Assembly (NCBI GenBank): GCA_964035545.1
Contig: OZ037765.1
Span: 19,840,995-19,904,994 of the forward strand
Source: Bugula neritina
Lineage: Eukaryota; Animalia; Bryozoa
Direction of reading: 5' to 3'
DNA length: 64,000 nt
Shown here: positions 1-14,200 of the stretch, piece after piece
How positions within the stretch are numbered: the stretch's first letter is position 1
Layout of the letters: the number at the start of each line of letters is the position of its first letter
The notes under the pieces: model-generated
The model's database searches: none
What the model saw: the letters and a program-made list of their open reading frames with translations, nothing else
Told to the model about the DNA's origin: nothing
Program-made: the position numbers and the translations under genes

Positions 1-3000
1 GCAGCTAGAACGTAGCATAGTATAGCTAAGATAGCACTAAAAGAGAATGCTATCAACACTCATAGCAGTAGGTTATGATGGTAAAAATGATCTAAAAAGT
101 TGCCTGAAGAAAAACTTTGTATAACAAGTTATTCAACAGCAATTCCTATAGTTGAGAAGGTATTATTTTTTCAAACTATTCAAAGTCTCCTAACATGCAA
201 CTTTAAGAAGTGTCAATAATTTGGCAAGGCAAAAAACAAGCACCTGCACCTGTAACCTTAAAAATAGCTGACAGTTGCATTCTTAATGCCATTTACTTCA
301 GTTATTGAATATTGTTATGGCATTTGATTCTAAATGAATATTCATGAAGCTCCCTGATACTGTCTCCTCGGCTGAATACAACTGTTGCTCAACACATTGC
401 CATTGTTTAAAACCAGGACTACAACACCAATATTTCAGATGGGTGGTTTTTGCTATCATATTAATATGCCATTATGCTTTAGTTAGAGTGCATGCCAACT
501 TACGAAATATTAATTTATGGTAAACAGAAAGAAAATTCTATGAGAGCTTTATTTAAATGTCAGATGTCAGGATTGTCAGTTGGAACTGTTGTTGTGATGA
601 ATTGTTATATAAATGGCAAGCTGAATTATGTCTTTCTTACTATATTTCTGCACAAATGTTCATTGTCTGATAGTAGCAATAATCGGACAAATGCTATTTA
701 AATTGTAACGCAATATATTTCCTACAAGTTTTAAAATATAATTAATTACCCCCATTTCCTTTCATTTATTGGAATTTGAACATGTTGCTGTATAATAATT
801 AGCAATGCAAACACGATACTGACAAAAAGATATGCTGTTGAGGGGAGATATAACAGTTGTAATTGTACACCTGTGAGATTAACACAAATGTTACTGCTAG
901 ACTATCTTATTACAGGTCATGCACACAGTTCTAGTTTTCATAGCAATTGTTAAATTAATATTTACATGTATTTTGTTCAGTAATTAGGTATGCTGTATGT
1001 ATCCTATGCCCGTTGATAGAACTTCTATTTCAGTAGCTAGTATTACATTTATCAGTCTTATGCGTGTGTTTACTCTGGTAAATATCAGTCCTCTTGAGTA
1101 ATGGATAAACTTTCTCATGCAGTTAGGCATCTTTTCCAAAAGCAATGCCATATTATTTGTCTCATGACTCTCCGTAATTATCAAACTATTTAAGATATCC
1201 AAAGGGAGTTGGTATATAGCTGTAGTTGTGACAATACCTGATTATAATGCAGAAACAAAATACTTATTGGTTGACAACGCAGCCGAGGGAATATTGATTG
1301 CCATTCAATTCTATACCTCATTTTCTTCCCATTTTAACTTATTCATAATTGTACTTGGATTGAGACCAGGAGCGTGACAAAACTCTAAAACTCAGGCTGA
1401 GTAGCTGTTGCATAAGATTCTTCTTCACCATTTGGTCATGACCATACCAGGCAGGCATCACCTGCATAGAGACTTGCGGCTTTGGCTATTCCATTTTTTG
1501 TGAATAATTTATGATAAAACATATAACCTACATGTCAAGCAGTGCATCCTCAATGCTCAAAAGGGTTTATACTTCCTTTCAGCTGGTAAAGGCATCATCA
1601 ACTTAGCTGTTTATGATATTACAGACCGACAAGCATTACTAATGCACCAATACTAGATTCTATACTAGAAAGATAGTGTCGTGATAAACCTTGTGGTTCA
1701 CCAAAACATATTTTCTGCATACTTTCAGGCTGCCAGTCATCATAAGGGAGGAAAAAGATAAGATGCTATTCAAAGCTAATACACAGATCATAGTATATAG
1801 AACTCTACTGTCTTTTTGCCTTCTCTCAATCACAGGTCAGTAGACATTAGATCAGCTATTTTAGAGACTAAAGGAAAGAGTGAGCTGGTCACTAGCTGTA
1901 TTATCAGCCAGTCACTAACTGGAATGTCACACTGTGAGACTGAATGTTTGTAGTTGCCGTTAGGCTTGAGCTTATATAAACATATAAGTGATGCAGATCT
2001 ACAGTTCTCCTCTTCCATTATTCCAACAGCAAATATTTGAGTTGGAAAAGTGACACTGGTTATATTTACTGGTGACTGTTAGAGGAGCTGGCTAATAGCA
2101 GTAAACAAGCAAAGAGTAAATAGGTGAAGGCATAGGTTGATAGTATCCCTCTCTATGACAAGCATTCCACATTCAGTTCAAGACAAACGGCTCTTGGGGT
2201 TATATCATGTTGTCTGTTGTAAACATAGTTCAAGGGATATGTTTTACAGTGTTGTAAATTCCTTCCAGGCTGTAATATAGCTTCTCAGGGCAGCCCTTCT
2301 TAGACTCTAGAGTCTAGCTCATCATATTTCGAATCTATTTTGTAGTGTTTTTACTAGTAGGAAAGTAATTTTAAGTCAGGGCAACTGGTTTAAGGTAAAT
2401 GCTTTAAAGTTTACTCTGTTTGAAATTAGAGAAGGCTTCAAATGCTAGTTTATGCATTCAAATATGTTTAATTTCATTTTGCTTTAGTTAATTCTTTATT
2501 GATCCTCACCAGAATTGTCAAAGAAATAATATTTATTGCTTAAACAATAACAATTCCATGTTCTAAAAATAGCTACTAGCATCTCAGGTTAGGTTTTCAT
2601 TTTACACTAAAATGTCAGATCCCGCAGATGAGCTAGAAATATAGTGTTCCTATTTTACAGCTACTATCATGTTGAATGGCTAAAATCTTTTGATATATTG
2701 TACTAAAGAGGGGAATAGATTTTTGCATAGTCTGAAAATACAAGATTATTTTATGTGTGTCTAAGCAGATATTGTTGACCTAAACTAGCTGAAAGATATC
2801 TTTAGCTGCCCTAAGAGACCATTATTATTACATTGTGAATGTCACATTAATTACGTCTTTCCTTATTTTATTAGCAACTATTATCTGATACTAGCAAAGT
2901 AAACCAAAACACACCCTGGCTGAGGTAACATTGTAGAAAATTAATAATACACTCAAGGGTAGTTGAATGTGTGAATGTTTACTTTTACTTACTTTCAGTA

Positions 3001-3742
3001 ACTATATCTACACAAAGCACCCAGTTGGAGTGATAAAGCTCTAACTCAAGCTCTAGTAATCAGTAGACATATTAGTTTAATGTAAATTTTCGCTAATAGA
3101 GCACCTAGTGTGATAAACAAATATTAGTCTCTAATGTAAAGAGAAAATTTACATTAGGATAAGGAGTTGAAATTAAGGCTTCTCAGCTTGAAACTTTTCT
3201 GTTAATTAAGTAAGAGCCTCTCCTTCAAGTGTCAGAATTTATCTCGTTATTTCCCTGCCTGCACTTTAGTAATCTAAATATCTGCTGGCTATTTCCAGCT
3301 CAGCCAAAGTAACATAATCTACCACTCATGTTCTGTACAAGTGTCAGGCTGAAATCCCGTTCTAAATATCCAGTATTGAGTTAAAGAACTCTACTAACAA
3401 AAGCTTAATTTTATGCCACATGATAAGAAGTGAATTCTAATCCCTCTCATGGCAACTTTGTACCTCTAGTAGCTCTTCTAATAAGATTACAGGCTGTAAT
3501 GTCATTAGGCTTACTATAGTTTAGGATTTCAAATCTAATTCTCTTTCATTTGATTTTAATTTACAAAATCACCAAAAGAAAAATATAGATTATACTTTAC
3601 ATTTCAAAAAGTTGTGAAGCTATAGAAGAAAGATCATTTGGACCCAAAAATTAGAACAATTGATTTATTTTTGATGGGCCAAATAAACTGTATCAAGAAA
3701 TATTATAATAGTCCTATACTCTATGCATTCTTGATATTATAG

Positions 3743-6700
3743 AAGGAGGCAGGAAAGTCATCAACACAAGGATAGGTGAAGATATTGAGTTGAAGTGTCA
3801 GAAGACTGATGGAGTGCTCTATACCTGGTACAAAAATGACAGGGTGTTGACTGAGCACTCAGACTTGCAAATCAGAGAAGATGTACTCAAGATCACAAAC
3901 CTAAAGCCAATAGACGAAGGCCTTTACAGCTGCCAGGCAATCAGTGGCTATGGACCACAGGCTTGGAAAAACATAAGCTTATTTGTTTATGGTTAGTTGG
4001 AAAGTTTACTATCGGTTTTGGGTGGTCACTTGAAAGTTTTAATCTAACGTTTGGGAACTTAGCTGCCATAATACACTTGTTTGGTAAATATTGGGTTATA
4101 CATTGGTTAGACATCCCGCAAAGATAGGGATTGACTAGCCATGTCTATTGTTAGTTATTTGCTTGCCCATTGATCCCTCACAAGTAGTGTACAGCTAGGT
4201 TCTAGAACCTAGAATGAGTGAGGGAGTTTTGTTGACAACTCTTTAAATTTGCACACTGAATAGGCTGATGGAATAGACTGATCAATACTGTCTAATAAAA
4301 TTAGAGCAATCGCATTATACTTTTAAGTGACTCTACAGTTTAATGCAGGAATAAGATACTATTAAGGGCTTAAAGCTTATAATATGGTTGAATTTAGATT
4401 AGACTTTAAACTTTTTTTTAGCCATTTGGCGAATCTAGGCCTAATGAAACCATTTACTGCTGTTTTTTAATTCTTAAAACTTCTTATTAAGAATATATAC
4501 TTTCAGAAAGTTTTTTGACATAAGAATTTTGTACTAGAAACAAATAGATGAACTTAAAAATAATAGCTTTGTAAGCTTTTCAAATCACGTGTATAAGATG
4601 CTAGTCTGCTTTGAGTAAACAAACATGATTTATCATCAATAAAAATTTAATAAGTTTAGATATAGGATAAACATAAGTTATTTTAAACCAGATTAGCGAC
4701 CATTAAATTACCTGATTTCAATCCAATCGTTTTTATTGCTGAATGAATACCTAAATTTTAACTTCTTATAGTATATATACCAGTTGTGTTTTGGTAACTT
4801 TCTTGATTCAAATAATATAGACCAAACAAATTAGTTGTTTGTTTACTTTCTTAGTGAGTAGGTCACTAGCTGCCGACTTTACCAAAGATATGTGTACTAA
4901 TTTGCTATTGTGGGTTTTGTAGCTGCAGACACAGTAACCTTTCCAGCAAATTCCGTCTTGAAAATTGCTACGTCTGCAACTGCAGGTAAGAAGATGTAGA
5001 ATTGTTTTCTTATACTTGAGTCTATAGGAGTAAAGTCTGCTGAAACAGTCTCAAATTCTAAGCTATGAATTCTAAGTTTTCTGACTTCTTGAAAATAATT
5101 CAGACAAATAGAAAGCCCTGAACATCAAATCTCAAACTGTTATCCCAGCATTAAGTGAAAGCATTTGTAAGACTTTGAGTCCATTTGAATAAAAGGATAT
5201 GACATCACACCGGCATGAGAGGTATTAACTTGGTTGGCTACGTCAATGGGCAAGCTCTATCTTTTCGACCACTTTGTTAGAAAATCATAAAAAGTTGATA
5301 CACTTTACCAACTCAACCCACTATAAACCTAGGATTATGAATATTTTGATTCACAACAAATTCCTGACAATGTAGTGAATAGACTGAAAAGCTACAAGCT
5401 TTAAAAACAGCAAACATTGCCTAAGGGTTTAATTGTAAACTGATGCAATGGTGACAATTACCCACTCATTATTACATGACTGAATGAAAATAGTTTCATA
5501 TTACAACCATCCTAGTCTTTCAGAAACAGACAAGTCTACAGCTTGCAGTAATAACCATTTAGTTTTCTTAATAGATGTTTCATAGAAATATAACTTGAGC
5601 AAACACATTTAGCACCTCAAGTTTTGGAGTTGGCAGTTTAACAGTTGTGCTGACTATTAGTTTCCAAGCAAGAGCTTCTTTGATGATGCCTTTGTAACAC
5701 ACTGGAAAATATATTAATGCTGGCTTAGTGAGTGTAGGAGCTTTTTTGGAAGCCCCTTCCAAAGAATACTATGAAAGGCAAACAGGTGGTGAGAAATGAA
5801 GTGCTAAATCATTGAGCAGACACATGATTTATACTTGATTTATATTTAATTGATGATTTACTATGTACACATTGTCCGATTATGATTATATACAAGATAA
5901 GCAGGGTAGAGTAGAAAAATGTAGAGTTACATGGAACAAAGGATAAAATAATATCAAAATACCCTGTGACAGTAGAGTGCCCCTATCACTCTGCCATTAG
6001 ACTAAGCCTTCACCAAAAAGTTATGGGATCACACCTTGCTACGGTCAATTTATTCCCTATGCATGTCATTAGTCATGCTTCTGCTACACAATTTGATGTC
6101 TATTTTCTAGTTGCACCAAGGTTCATAGAAAACCCTCCTGGCAAGAGAGAGCCAACCCTTCATGTTGCCACCAGTGCCAAACTTCGATGTAGAGTGCAAC
6201 CAGATGCTAACGCTGAGATAAGCTGGTATAAAGATGACCACCCTCTAGATTTCCAAAGAGAAAACATTGTCAAAGAGGGGTTTGGTATCAAGTTCAATCA
6301 CCTGAAAATGGCTGATAAAGGCAGATACATGTGTATAGTGTCCAACTCACAAGGATCTGTCAACTTCACCTACTATGTCACGGTAACAGGTGAGAGACCT
6401 AAGGCTATACATTCTTCAACACTGACTCCTTTACTTAACTTATGATACCCTGCAAAAATTATGGAAATTTTTAAATAGTTTCACTATTTCCCAGACACCG
6501 AGCTGTTTTGGAATTACCAAACTTATAATCAATAAGCAACTTTTTGCTTTTGAAAATATTGTACCTTTCAATACAATGGCCTTTTTAATGTAGTTTAGTT
6601 TATTTTAAAATTATTGGCAAAAAACTGACTTTGAAATTTGAATAATTTGTACTCACGAAAAATGTATGCAAACAATATTAAATTGGCAAACTTTTTAAAA

Positions 6701-9700
6701 TTGCTAAGGAATTTTTGGACTTAAAATTGGTTCTTGTAAGGCTGAATAAGTTCTAAAATATTTTTCCTGCTCCAATGTATCTAAAAAGAGCTAAAGTTTG
6801 CTGTTGTTGCTTTCCGTCCCTAAACTTTCCCAGCACAGACTTTGTTTCTGACCACAAAATGAGCCTAAAGAATTAATATAAACATTTAAAACTTCAACTG
6901 AGTCTTCAACTCTCACAATAATATTTCTGTAAATAGAGCTCAAGGGAGATTTAGTGTTTGTGTATTTGAGATAGCAAAAAAGGGACAGTTGGGCAAATAT
7001 TGGCCCATCGCTATGCTACCCTGAGCTAATAAATACTAGCTGAAACAGATATGAAAAGGTGCCTAACTATGTTTAAATAAAAGATTGTGACATATCATTT
7101 TCCTACTAAGGCTAGACCAACAATTAATCTACAAGGATTTTAAATGCAACACAATAGACTGTCAATCAGTCTTTTATCACAGTTTGGTAACTATAAGTTA
7201 CCAAACTGTGATAAAAGACCAATTTTTTCAGAAAGAAGTTATGGATCTTTGATATTTGTTCACTGTTAAAATCCAACTAAAACTGGAAGTGTAGTAATAA
7301 GGAAATTGCTAGTTAGTGCACATTGTACATGAAGCTTTAGTTTTAATGGCTATAATAAATCAGCCCCATTACATATGTATTGTAGTTGTTTTATGGCCAC
7401 AATCATAATCACATGTTAGTCTCTAATGGTCTCAATGCCCTAATAAAAATAAAAAATAGTACTGAGGTGGAAACCTATGTAAACTTTTTACAGTACGCTA
7501 CAGTTACTGTATTTGTATTCATAGGATTAGAAGTAATTTAACAGCTTATTATAACCCTGACAGTATTTTTTTCTGTTTTTGGCCTAATGTTTTCAATTAA
7601 TAAAACTAACATCAATGATTTATTTTTACTTGTCTGCCTATGTTTTGGCAGTTTAACTTTGCTCTTCACCAAAATTAAACAATTTTTCTATTTGCAGATG
7701 TGAACACTCCAGCCGCAACAGTAGTGGTTCCATATCCACAGAACACCTCCGTCATGTATGGCTCATCTGCCTCATTACAGTGTAAAGTCAGAAGCTACTC
7801 CAGACCTTCCATAACAGTGAGTTTATTGATGAATCTACCTTCATTGCAGTAGTATAGAAATTTTGATAGCCCAAGTTCTTTAATTGTCTTTAATAATTTT
7901 GGTTTGAACAAAACTTCTTTTGTTACATATGTTCTAATGTAAAACACAGACTTGTCTGAATTTCTCCATCACTGCACTTCCCTCAAAACCTTACAGTATT
8001 GTCACCTGTTGAGTTTTGTAGCCATAATTAGCAACCATTAAACTATACTTATAAATATTACAAACTTGTATAGATGTAGTATTTGAATAGCTATTGGTAA
8101 TAAATGACTAAAATATCTTGTAATAAATGGCGAAAAAGATTTAAAAGGTAAAAAAAGCAATAAAATAAAATTAGGCAGTTTTGAGATTAAAAGATATTGA
8201 AACAATCTGAGACAGTTGCTAAGGTATATTTCTATGGAAGACCAGCACAGAGTAGTAATTACCCATAACTTGCTTGCTTTGTAAACCAGCTGCATGCTCA
8301 GTTAGGTAAGGATGAGTTGGGAAGACAATATAATGAACACCAAGTAACCTGATTCTGTTGACACATCAGTGTTTAATTGACTTTGAAAATGTCATTTTGG
8401 TGTCAGTGTCATCATCTAGAAACCCCAACTGATTTGAAGTGGATCATTTTCTGCAGCGCTTAAGTTCAAATCTTTATTTACGTGATGACTAACTGTATCC
8501 TCATATCTAGTTAAGTTTGTAAATTCCCTTATATTATATTTGAAGCTTATGTGGAATTTTGCTTCTCAACTGTTAAGATTAGTCCCTAGATGCAATAGTT
8601 TATGAATAGGCAAGTTCCATTTACCTCTCATATTTAATGTATATTTACATTCTTACAGTGGCTGAAGGAGGTGACATCACCAACTAGTAAAGCCAGCTTG
8701 CAGCTAAATGGTAAAAGATATATCCTGATTAAGAATGAAACTATGATGGTGGAAACTGAAGAAGGAGCTTATCTGAACAAGCTTTTACTGGTCAATGTAA
8801 AGATGGAAGATGCTGGAGTCTATGTCTGTCTAGGAATGAACCCAAGAGGAGGTTCTGACTACCGTGAAGCCTTGGTTACAGTGATTCAACCCAGCGGTAT
8901 GTAGATATTTTGAATGTTGAAATATAATTTAATATTATCCCAAGACAATGATGCTATTAACGACTAGCCAGTAGCCACTCACACTTACTTCCTGTGAATG
9001 CAATTGTAAGAGCAATTTCGTCAGCCAAAACTGATTCTAATTTTTCAACTGACTGAAACTATTACTTGTCTATGCATAGACTGGTCAGAAGATTTCAGAC
9101 TTATAGATTGTCATCTCAGTGTATTAGCATAAACATTGGGTTGCCTTCCTGTTGAATAAGTAGTTTCTACCCATACTAATAAATAAGCCTTTTGGTTTTT
9201 CAACAAAGGATGTCATTTGTGGTAATCAGCAGCAATTAGTGGCTGATAATAGTTCTAATTGGCAGGCATGGAGAGAGTTAATTACTACAATCACTTTTAG
9301 TCTCAAAATTTATGCAGTAAGCAGAGGGGAGGGAGGGATAGTAAATGGCCAGTGTCAACTCAGTAATCGTGTACCTCGGAGCCAAACGATGCAAACTTAA
9401 GTGTTGGGAGGGGTTTGTTGGGATGGAACAAGAGGTTTTTTCTCATTGTCCTTGTTTAATAAACTGCATTAGTTATTGAGAGCATGAATAAATAATATGC
9501 AACTAACTAGCAAGTTATTAAATTACACTAAATGCCCTTTACTGTCCCTTCCAATATTACAGTAAGTTATTCAACAAAGAGGGTTCTGACACTGAACGAA
9601 TTCAGTTAATTCTATAAGGACATGCATCTCTTGGTAATTTGCAAGAGTTTGCTAATTACTCACCTAAATTTTGTGGTAGAAGATATTATATTTAGATTGA

Positions 9701-10414
9701 TAGAGAATCTACTTATTCTTATAATCAATGAGACTATTTAATACTTATCTTGTAGTCATGGCAACTACTACAGTGTATCCATCTGCCAAGGACAACTCCT
9801 GGGAATACATGTTTGGATCACCTTCAGCTACTCTGGCGGTGTTAATAGCCATTCCAACTATATTTATCGTAATAGTAACAGCAGCAATTGCTGTTGCTGT
9901 AAATAAAAGAAACAAGAACACCGGGACCCAGCAAAGACGTCGGCCGAGTAACATGTTGAGTGATCATGAAGTCGCAGTTCCACTAAACATGAATGCAAAT
10001 AACGGCAGCTACACTGGACAGCATACGAGCAGCCGTGGAAGCAACGGAAGTTACAATAAAGTTCCATATAATAATGGAGAATATAGACATGTAGCTGAGA
10101 AGCACCGAACTCCTTCATATAGCAAATCTCCGCCTCTTCAATATTCACAATACTTGCAGTCTGATGGAAGTTGTAGGTCAACACTGCAGTATCAACCAGT
10201 GGGTCTGATGAAGCCTATACCAAATTACATGATAGATGCTGGAGATAGTGACAGTCAGTTCTCCAGTGTATCTCACACGCGACCACAATATATGAACAGC
10301 TCAAGAAACCCATATGATGACAGAGACATTCACTCTGATCCTGCTGCTAGCAGAGTTGGGGGCCATCATTGTCCACCCCCTCCACCTGGTAGCTACTACA
10401 GCGGCCAATGGTAG
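3743..10414 (+). CDS. FGFRL1: Fibroblast growth factor receptor-like 1 (nou-darake-like): 3 Ig domains, TM helix, kinase-less tail; 5' partial
   Basis: Exons 3743-3991, 4923-4985, 6111-6389, 7698-7816, 8659-8896, 9756-10414, all GT-AG and in phase. Ig3 (CKVRSYSRPSITWLK...GAYLNKLL...EDAGVYVCLGMN) closely matches FGFRL1 Ig3 as I recall it (CKVRS..P.IQWLK...GSYLNKLL...DDAGMYICLGAN). TM LAVLIAIPTIFIVIVTAAIAVAV, then a stop with no kinase domain. Signal-peptide exon not located. Confidence 0.9.
7169..7219. repeat. Perfect 24 bp-stem hairpin in FGFRL1 intron
   Basis: GTCTTTTATCACAGTTTGGTAACT-ATA-AGTTACCAAACTGTGATAAAAGAC. Confidence 0.9.
7844..7979. mobile_element. MITE family C, degenerate copy (FGFRL1 intron)
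   Basis: TGCAGTAGTATAGAAATTTTGATAGCCCAAGTTCTTTAATT...AATTTCTCCATCACTGCAC aligns by eye to the 55079 copy. Confidence 0.6.
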
Positions 10415-11239
10415 ACTCTGTAGCATTCTGTATATATTTACTTTTCTACATTGTATTAGTCACTGGTGTGTGAAGTCTTCTAATAATCTAAGTCATGTAA
10501 AGTTACAGAGTCAACCTCAAATCTTATTTTACTGTTAAATTATATATTAGAGCGCAGTGCACCAATTTGTAATTGCAATAGTCAATGTTTCTATAATATA
10601 TTTTCATTGTTATAGCTAGTCCTTTTTTGTATTTTATTTCTGATAACAATCATTTTCCTAATTTCTCTGAGCACACTTTATGCCAAAGAAATTTTTATAA
10701 ATATATTATTGTAACACTATAGCTGGTTTTGAACAATTTTTAAATTTCTGTTTACTAATTTGATATTTTTGTGATAATATAGGAGTTATAAATGATTATT
10801 AAAAAATCTTGTTACTAATTGTACTGGATCCCTTACACTAACTACTTTCACCGATGACTACTTTCTGTGTACAGCAATAGTGCATTTCTCCCAGACAACT
10901 ACTCTGAGATGCTTTCGAGATAAAATGAGCAAACTAATGCAAGTTTAATAGCCCATTGCTATCATGATTGAGAGCCTTACACAGTTACATCTTTGCAAAT
11001 GACTTTTCACTACATTAAATATTAGATGCTGTTGCATATCATAACCAAAATACAACATTTGATCAACTTCTTGGTCACACTACATTTTATTGCTTATAAA
11101 TATAAATCATGTCGCAAACTCTTTTGTATATGTTGTATAGTACATTTCTAAAAATCATATTACAATGCAACTTCTGGTTTGGAACCTATTCTTGGACTAC
11201 TCTTCTAACCAACACAGCCATTAGCACTAGTCGCTGGTG

Positions 11240-14200
11240 TCATGTGAGCAGAGGCATTGTTTCTTCTAGAATCATCTCAAGTATCCCAGATTGAGAAGTG
11301 TTCTAAAATTAGACACACCATTAATCATGACAAACCACTCCACCTATTGACTTGTGGTAAAGAAGCATCAACTAGAAAGAAAATTATTTAGAAATGGATG
11401 AAAAATCTTTCACAGCTGCACTGGTTTTGCGTGCATAGCAACTACATTTAGTATTCTGCTATTCTTTTTCCATTGATTATAAACTACGCAAGTGTGCATA
11501 AATTTGAAATGTGTGGGGAAGTGCTAATGCATAATAAAGTATGGAACATGTCTTACTAAGACTTGATGTCACTATAGCCAAGTGGACTGGTAGTATCAAC
11601 ATCGTCAAACCATATCAAAGCAACATTAAGAGTCATTTCAAAATCACTATGATAATTTATGATCTTAAGAATTATAATTCTCCAATGTTTGCTATAAAAC
11701 ACTGAGCTAATTAACCATAGCAACTGTCCCAAGTCTTTGATATCAGAAACTCGTTATAAGAAAAGGAGACAACTCTATATAATTTTAGACTAAACCAGGT
11801 TCAAAAGGTCAAATATGCAAGTAACTTGATTTGTGAGACAGCTGCATTAGAAAGAACAGTTTTTTTATTTATCACTCTACCATATTTAGACAAAACTTTA
11901 TGTAAAATTCGGGTGGCGTCACATAATTTTTAGTTAAATAAAGAAAAGTCAGTGAAAAACAAAAAAAAATATACTTGGAATTTTAGCACAATACAAGCAG
12001 CAGGATTGAGTTAAGTGGCACACAGGAAGTTAATAACTATGAGTCTAGTTTTCACCTGCAACTCGGCTATAGAATGGTTGGTAAGTTTGAGAGACAGAGA
12101 AATGAGGTCTGTACGGCTAACACTAGCTAAGTACTGCTCTAATGACAATGAGGATGCCTTTGATTGGTCCAACCAAACAACATTTGTAGCAGTTTTTCCC
12201 AGCTTCTGTCCATCTTCAGTTACAACTAATGGAACAGTAACTCCTGTAAATAATTAGCAGAATTATAGGATGGTGTAGAAATGGAGAAGTCACCTTAGGC
12301 TTTCCCAAAGTTTAGATATTAGCATATTTATTAGATTACCATTTGCCAAGAATATTATATAATATACAGATGTAAACATAATTGAAGCCTTCATTCATAA
12401 TAAAGAAATAAAACAATACAATATTAAAATGTTCAAGTTATTTACTAATACAGATTCTTTTTTAGTAAAACATCAAGCTCAGTTTGAAAAGAAGGAGAAT
12501 TAACCATCACGCCATGCAAACACATCCTTCAAAAATTCTTTAGTCCATTTTTGCTGATTGAAAATGATTTCATTATACATTAACATTATGAAGCACACTC
12601 TAGATTTGAGTAGAAATAATAGAACAGTTTACCATGCAAGATATAGAATTTGCAAAAGCATTCATCAATCTTAATTAAATTAGATGTTTCGTAAGTATTC
12701 CATAAAATTATACAAAACAATTACCAGTCAATAGGAAAATCCCAACTGACAGATGACAGAATGAGAAGAATATTTATTAATTACTCACAATATATAAGAC
12801 TTACAGACATTTAGATTATCTAATGCGGCTTATGATGAGGTGATTGAATTTTAAACTTTTTGTTTCTTTAAGAGAAGCCAGGTGTTGAGAACGATCTTAA
12901 ACCTCGAAGAAATGATGACACCTAACTAAATCTGTCAACTTATTTTTAAATTATAAATTTTTAGCATAATTAGCATAAAAAATAATTAACAACAATAAAT
13001 ACATATTGCCGCTTTCTACAGTAGGTGAGGTGGTAAAGAAAGTAACTATAACTACAAGCAGAGGGCTGACTCCGACTTTCTACCTGCTAAAGTAGGAAGC
13101 TGATGAAGACTTCTCCACACAAAGTCATAGCCATCTTCGATGTTACCAAGCTGGTCATGCCCACCCACCTGAAATATAATAACACTAAAGGTTTTAGAAA
13201 ACAAAATTTATGATTCGGTTACTGATATGCTGTAAAGATTAACTCTGTAGCATCACACACCCATAGAAAGTACACTAGTATAAAGACAACGTAGCATACT
13301 AGTCCTTGTAAACAAACAAGAATCACTTTCTATAAGCTGAGCAAAAAAAATTAAAATTATAGTTGCTTTCTTCTTAAAACAAACTATAAGCTTACTGTAT
13401 ATGCTACACAATGAAAAAAGCATATGAAGAAAACATACAGATTAACAATCTAAAGAATCACTATGTATATACAAACAAGGTTAAGCAAAGGTAAGTACAG
13501 TAGCCTATTAGACAGAATAAGTGAGTAAGTTATGAAATGTAGGTGATGTATCAGTTACTCTGTCCATTTACACTTATTTCTTTCTTAATTTTATGCTAAC
13601 CATCTCCTTGTTTAAAGTCACTATAACCATGATAGTTGTCCATTATTTATTAGTTCATTTGCATTCATAACCAAATTACTTCCCAAAAAAACAATGGAAA
13701 AAAGATCTGAATAACTAAAAATAATGAAGCACCTGCACCCATCGGAGGAAATGTTCAATAAGCAATAATTTTTAAATATATGCTAAAATTGGTAGACTCC
13801 AGTTATTAAATATGAGTGTGAATATGATTTGATGAAAAATTATTTATCAATAAAAGCATGGTGAGGAAAACTTATTCCTTCTTCACGGTTTCAGTAAAAT
13901 CTAAGGAACCATTTTGATGTTGAATCCTAGATAAACAGCTGGAACATTTCAGGGCAAAAAGTACAGTGAAAATATGCAAAATTATGTGTTCATGTGTTCC
14001 CGTAGCAATTTAATTGTATTAATACATATATTATGCAGTATGTAGTAATTGTAGCAATATTTATGTGGCCAGTCTCGTATCTGCACAAAATGGACACTAT
14101 ATAGCACAGTTTTTTGAGTTAGGTAGCATAGTAGGGAGGGGGGGGGGTCAGACTCATCCTCACCTGTATGCTGCAACCATAATGTTTATACAAATACAGC

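Noticed and set aside
1-3742. FGFRL1 signal-peptide exon or another gene
   Set aside because: No convincing hydrophobic phase-1 exon or recognisable ORF; probably intron with the first exon upstream of the window.
9745-10184. Antisense ORFs over the FGFRL1 last exon (similar shadows at 20483, 23149, 27780, 57904)
   Set aside because: Shadow frames of real coding exons with no independent motifs.
3743-10414. Canonical FGFR tyrosine kinase
   Set aside because: Stop at 10414 with no kinase motifs, and the convergent TyrRS gene follows.
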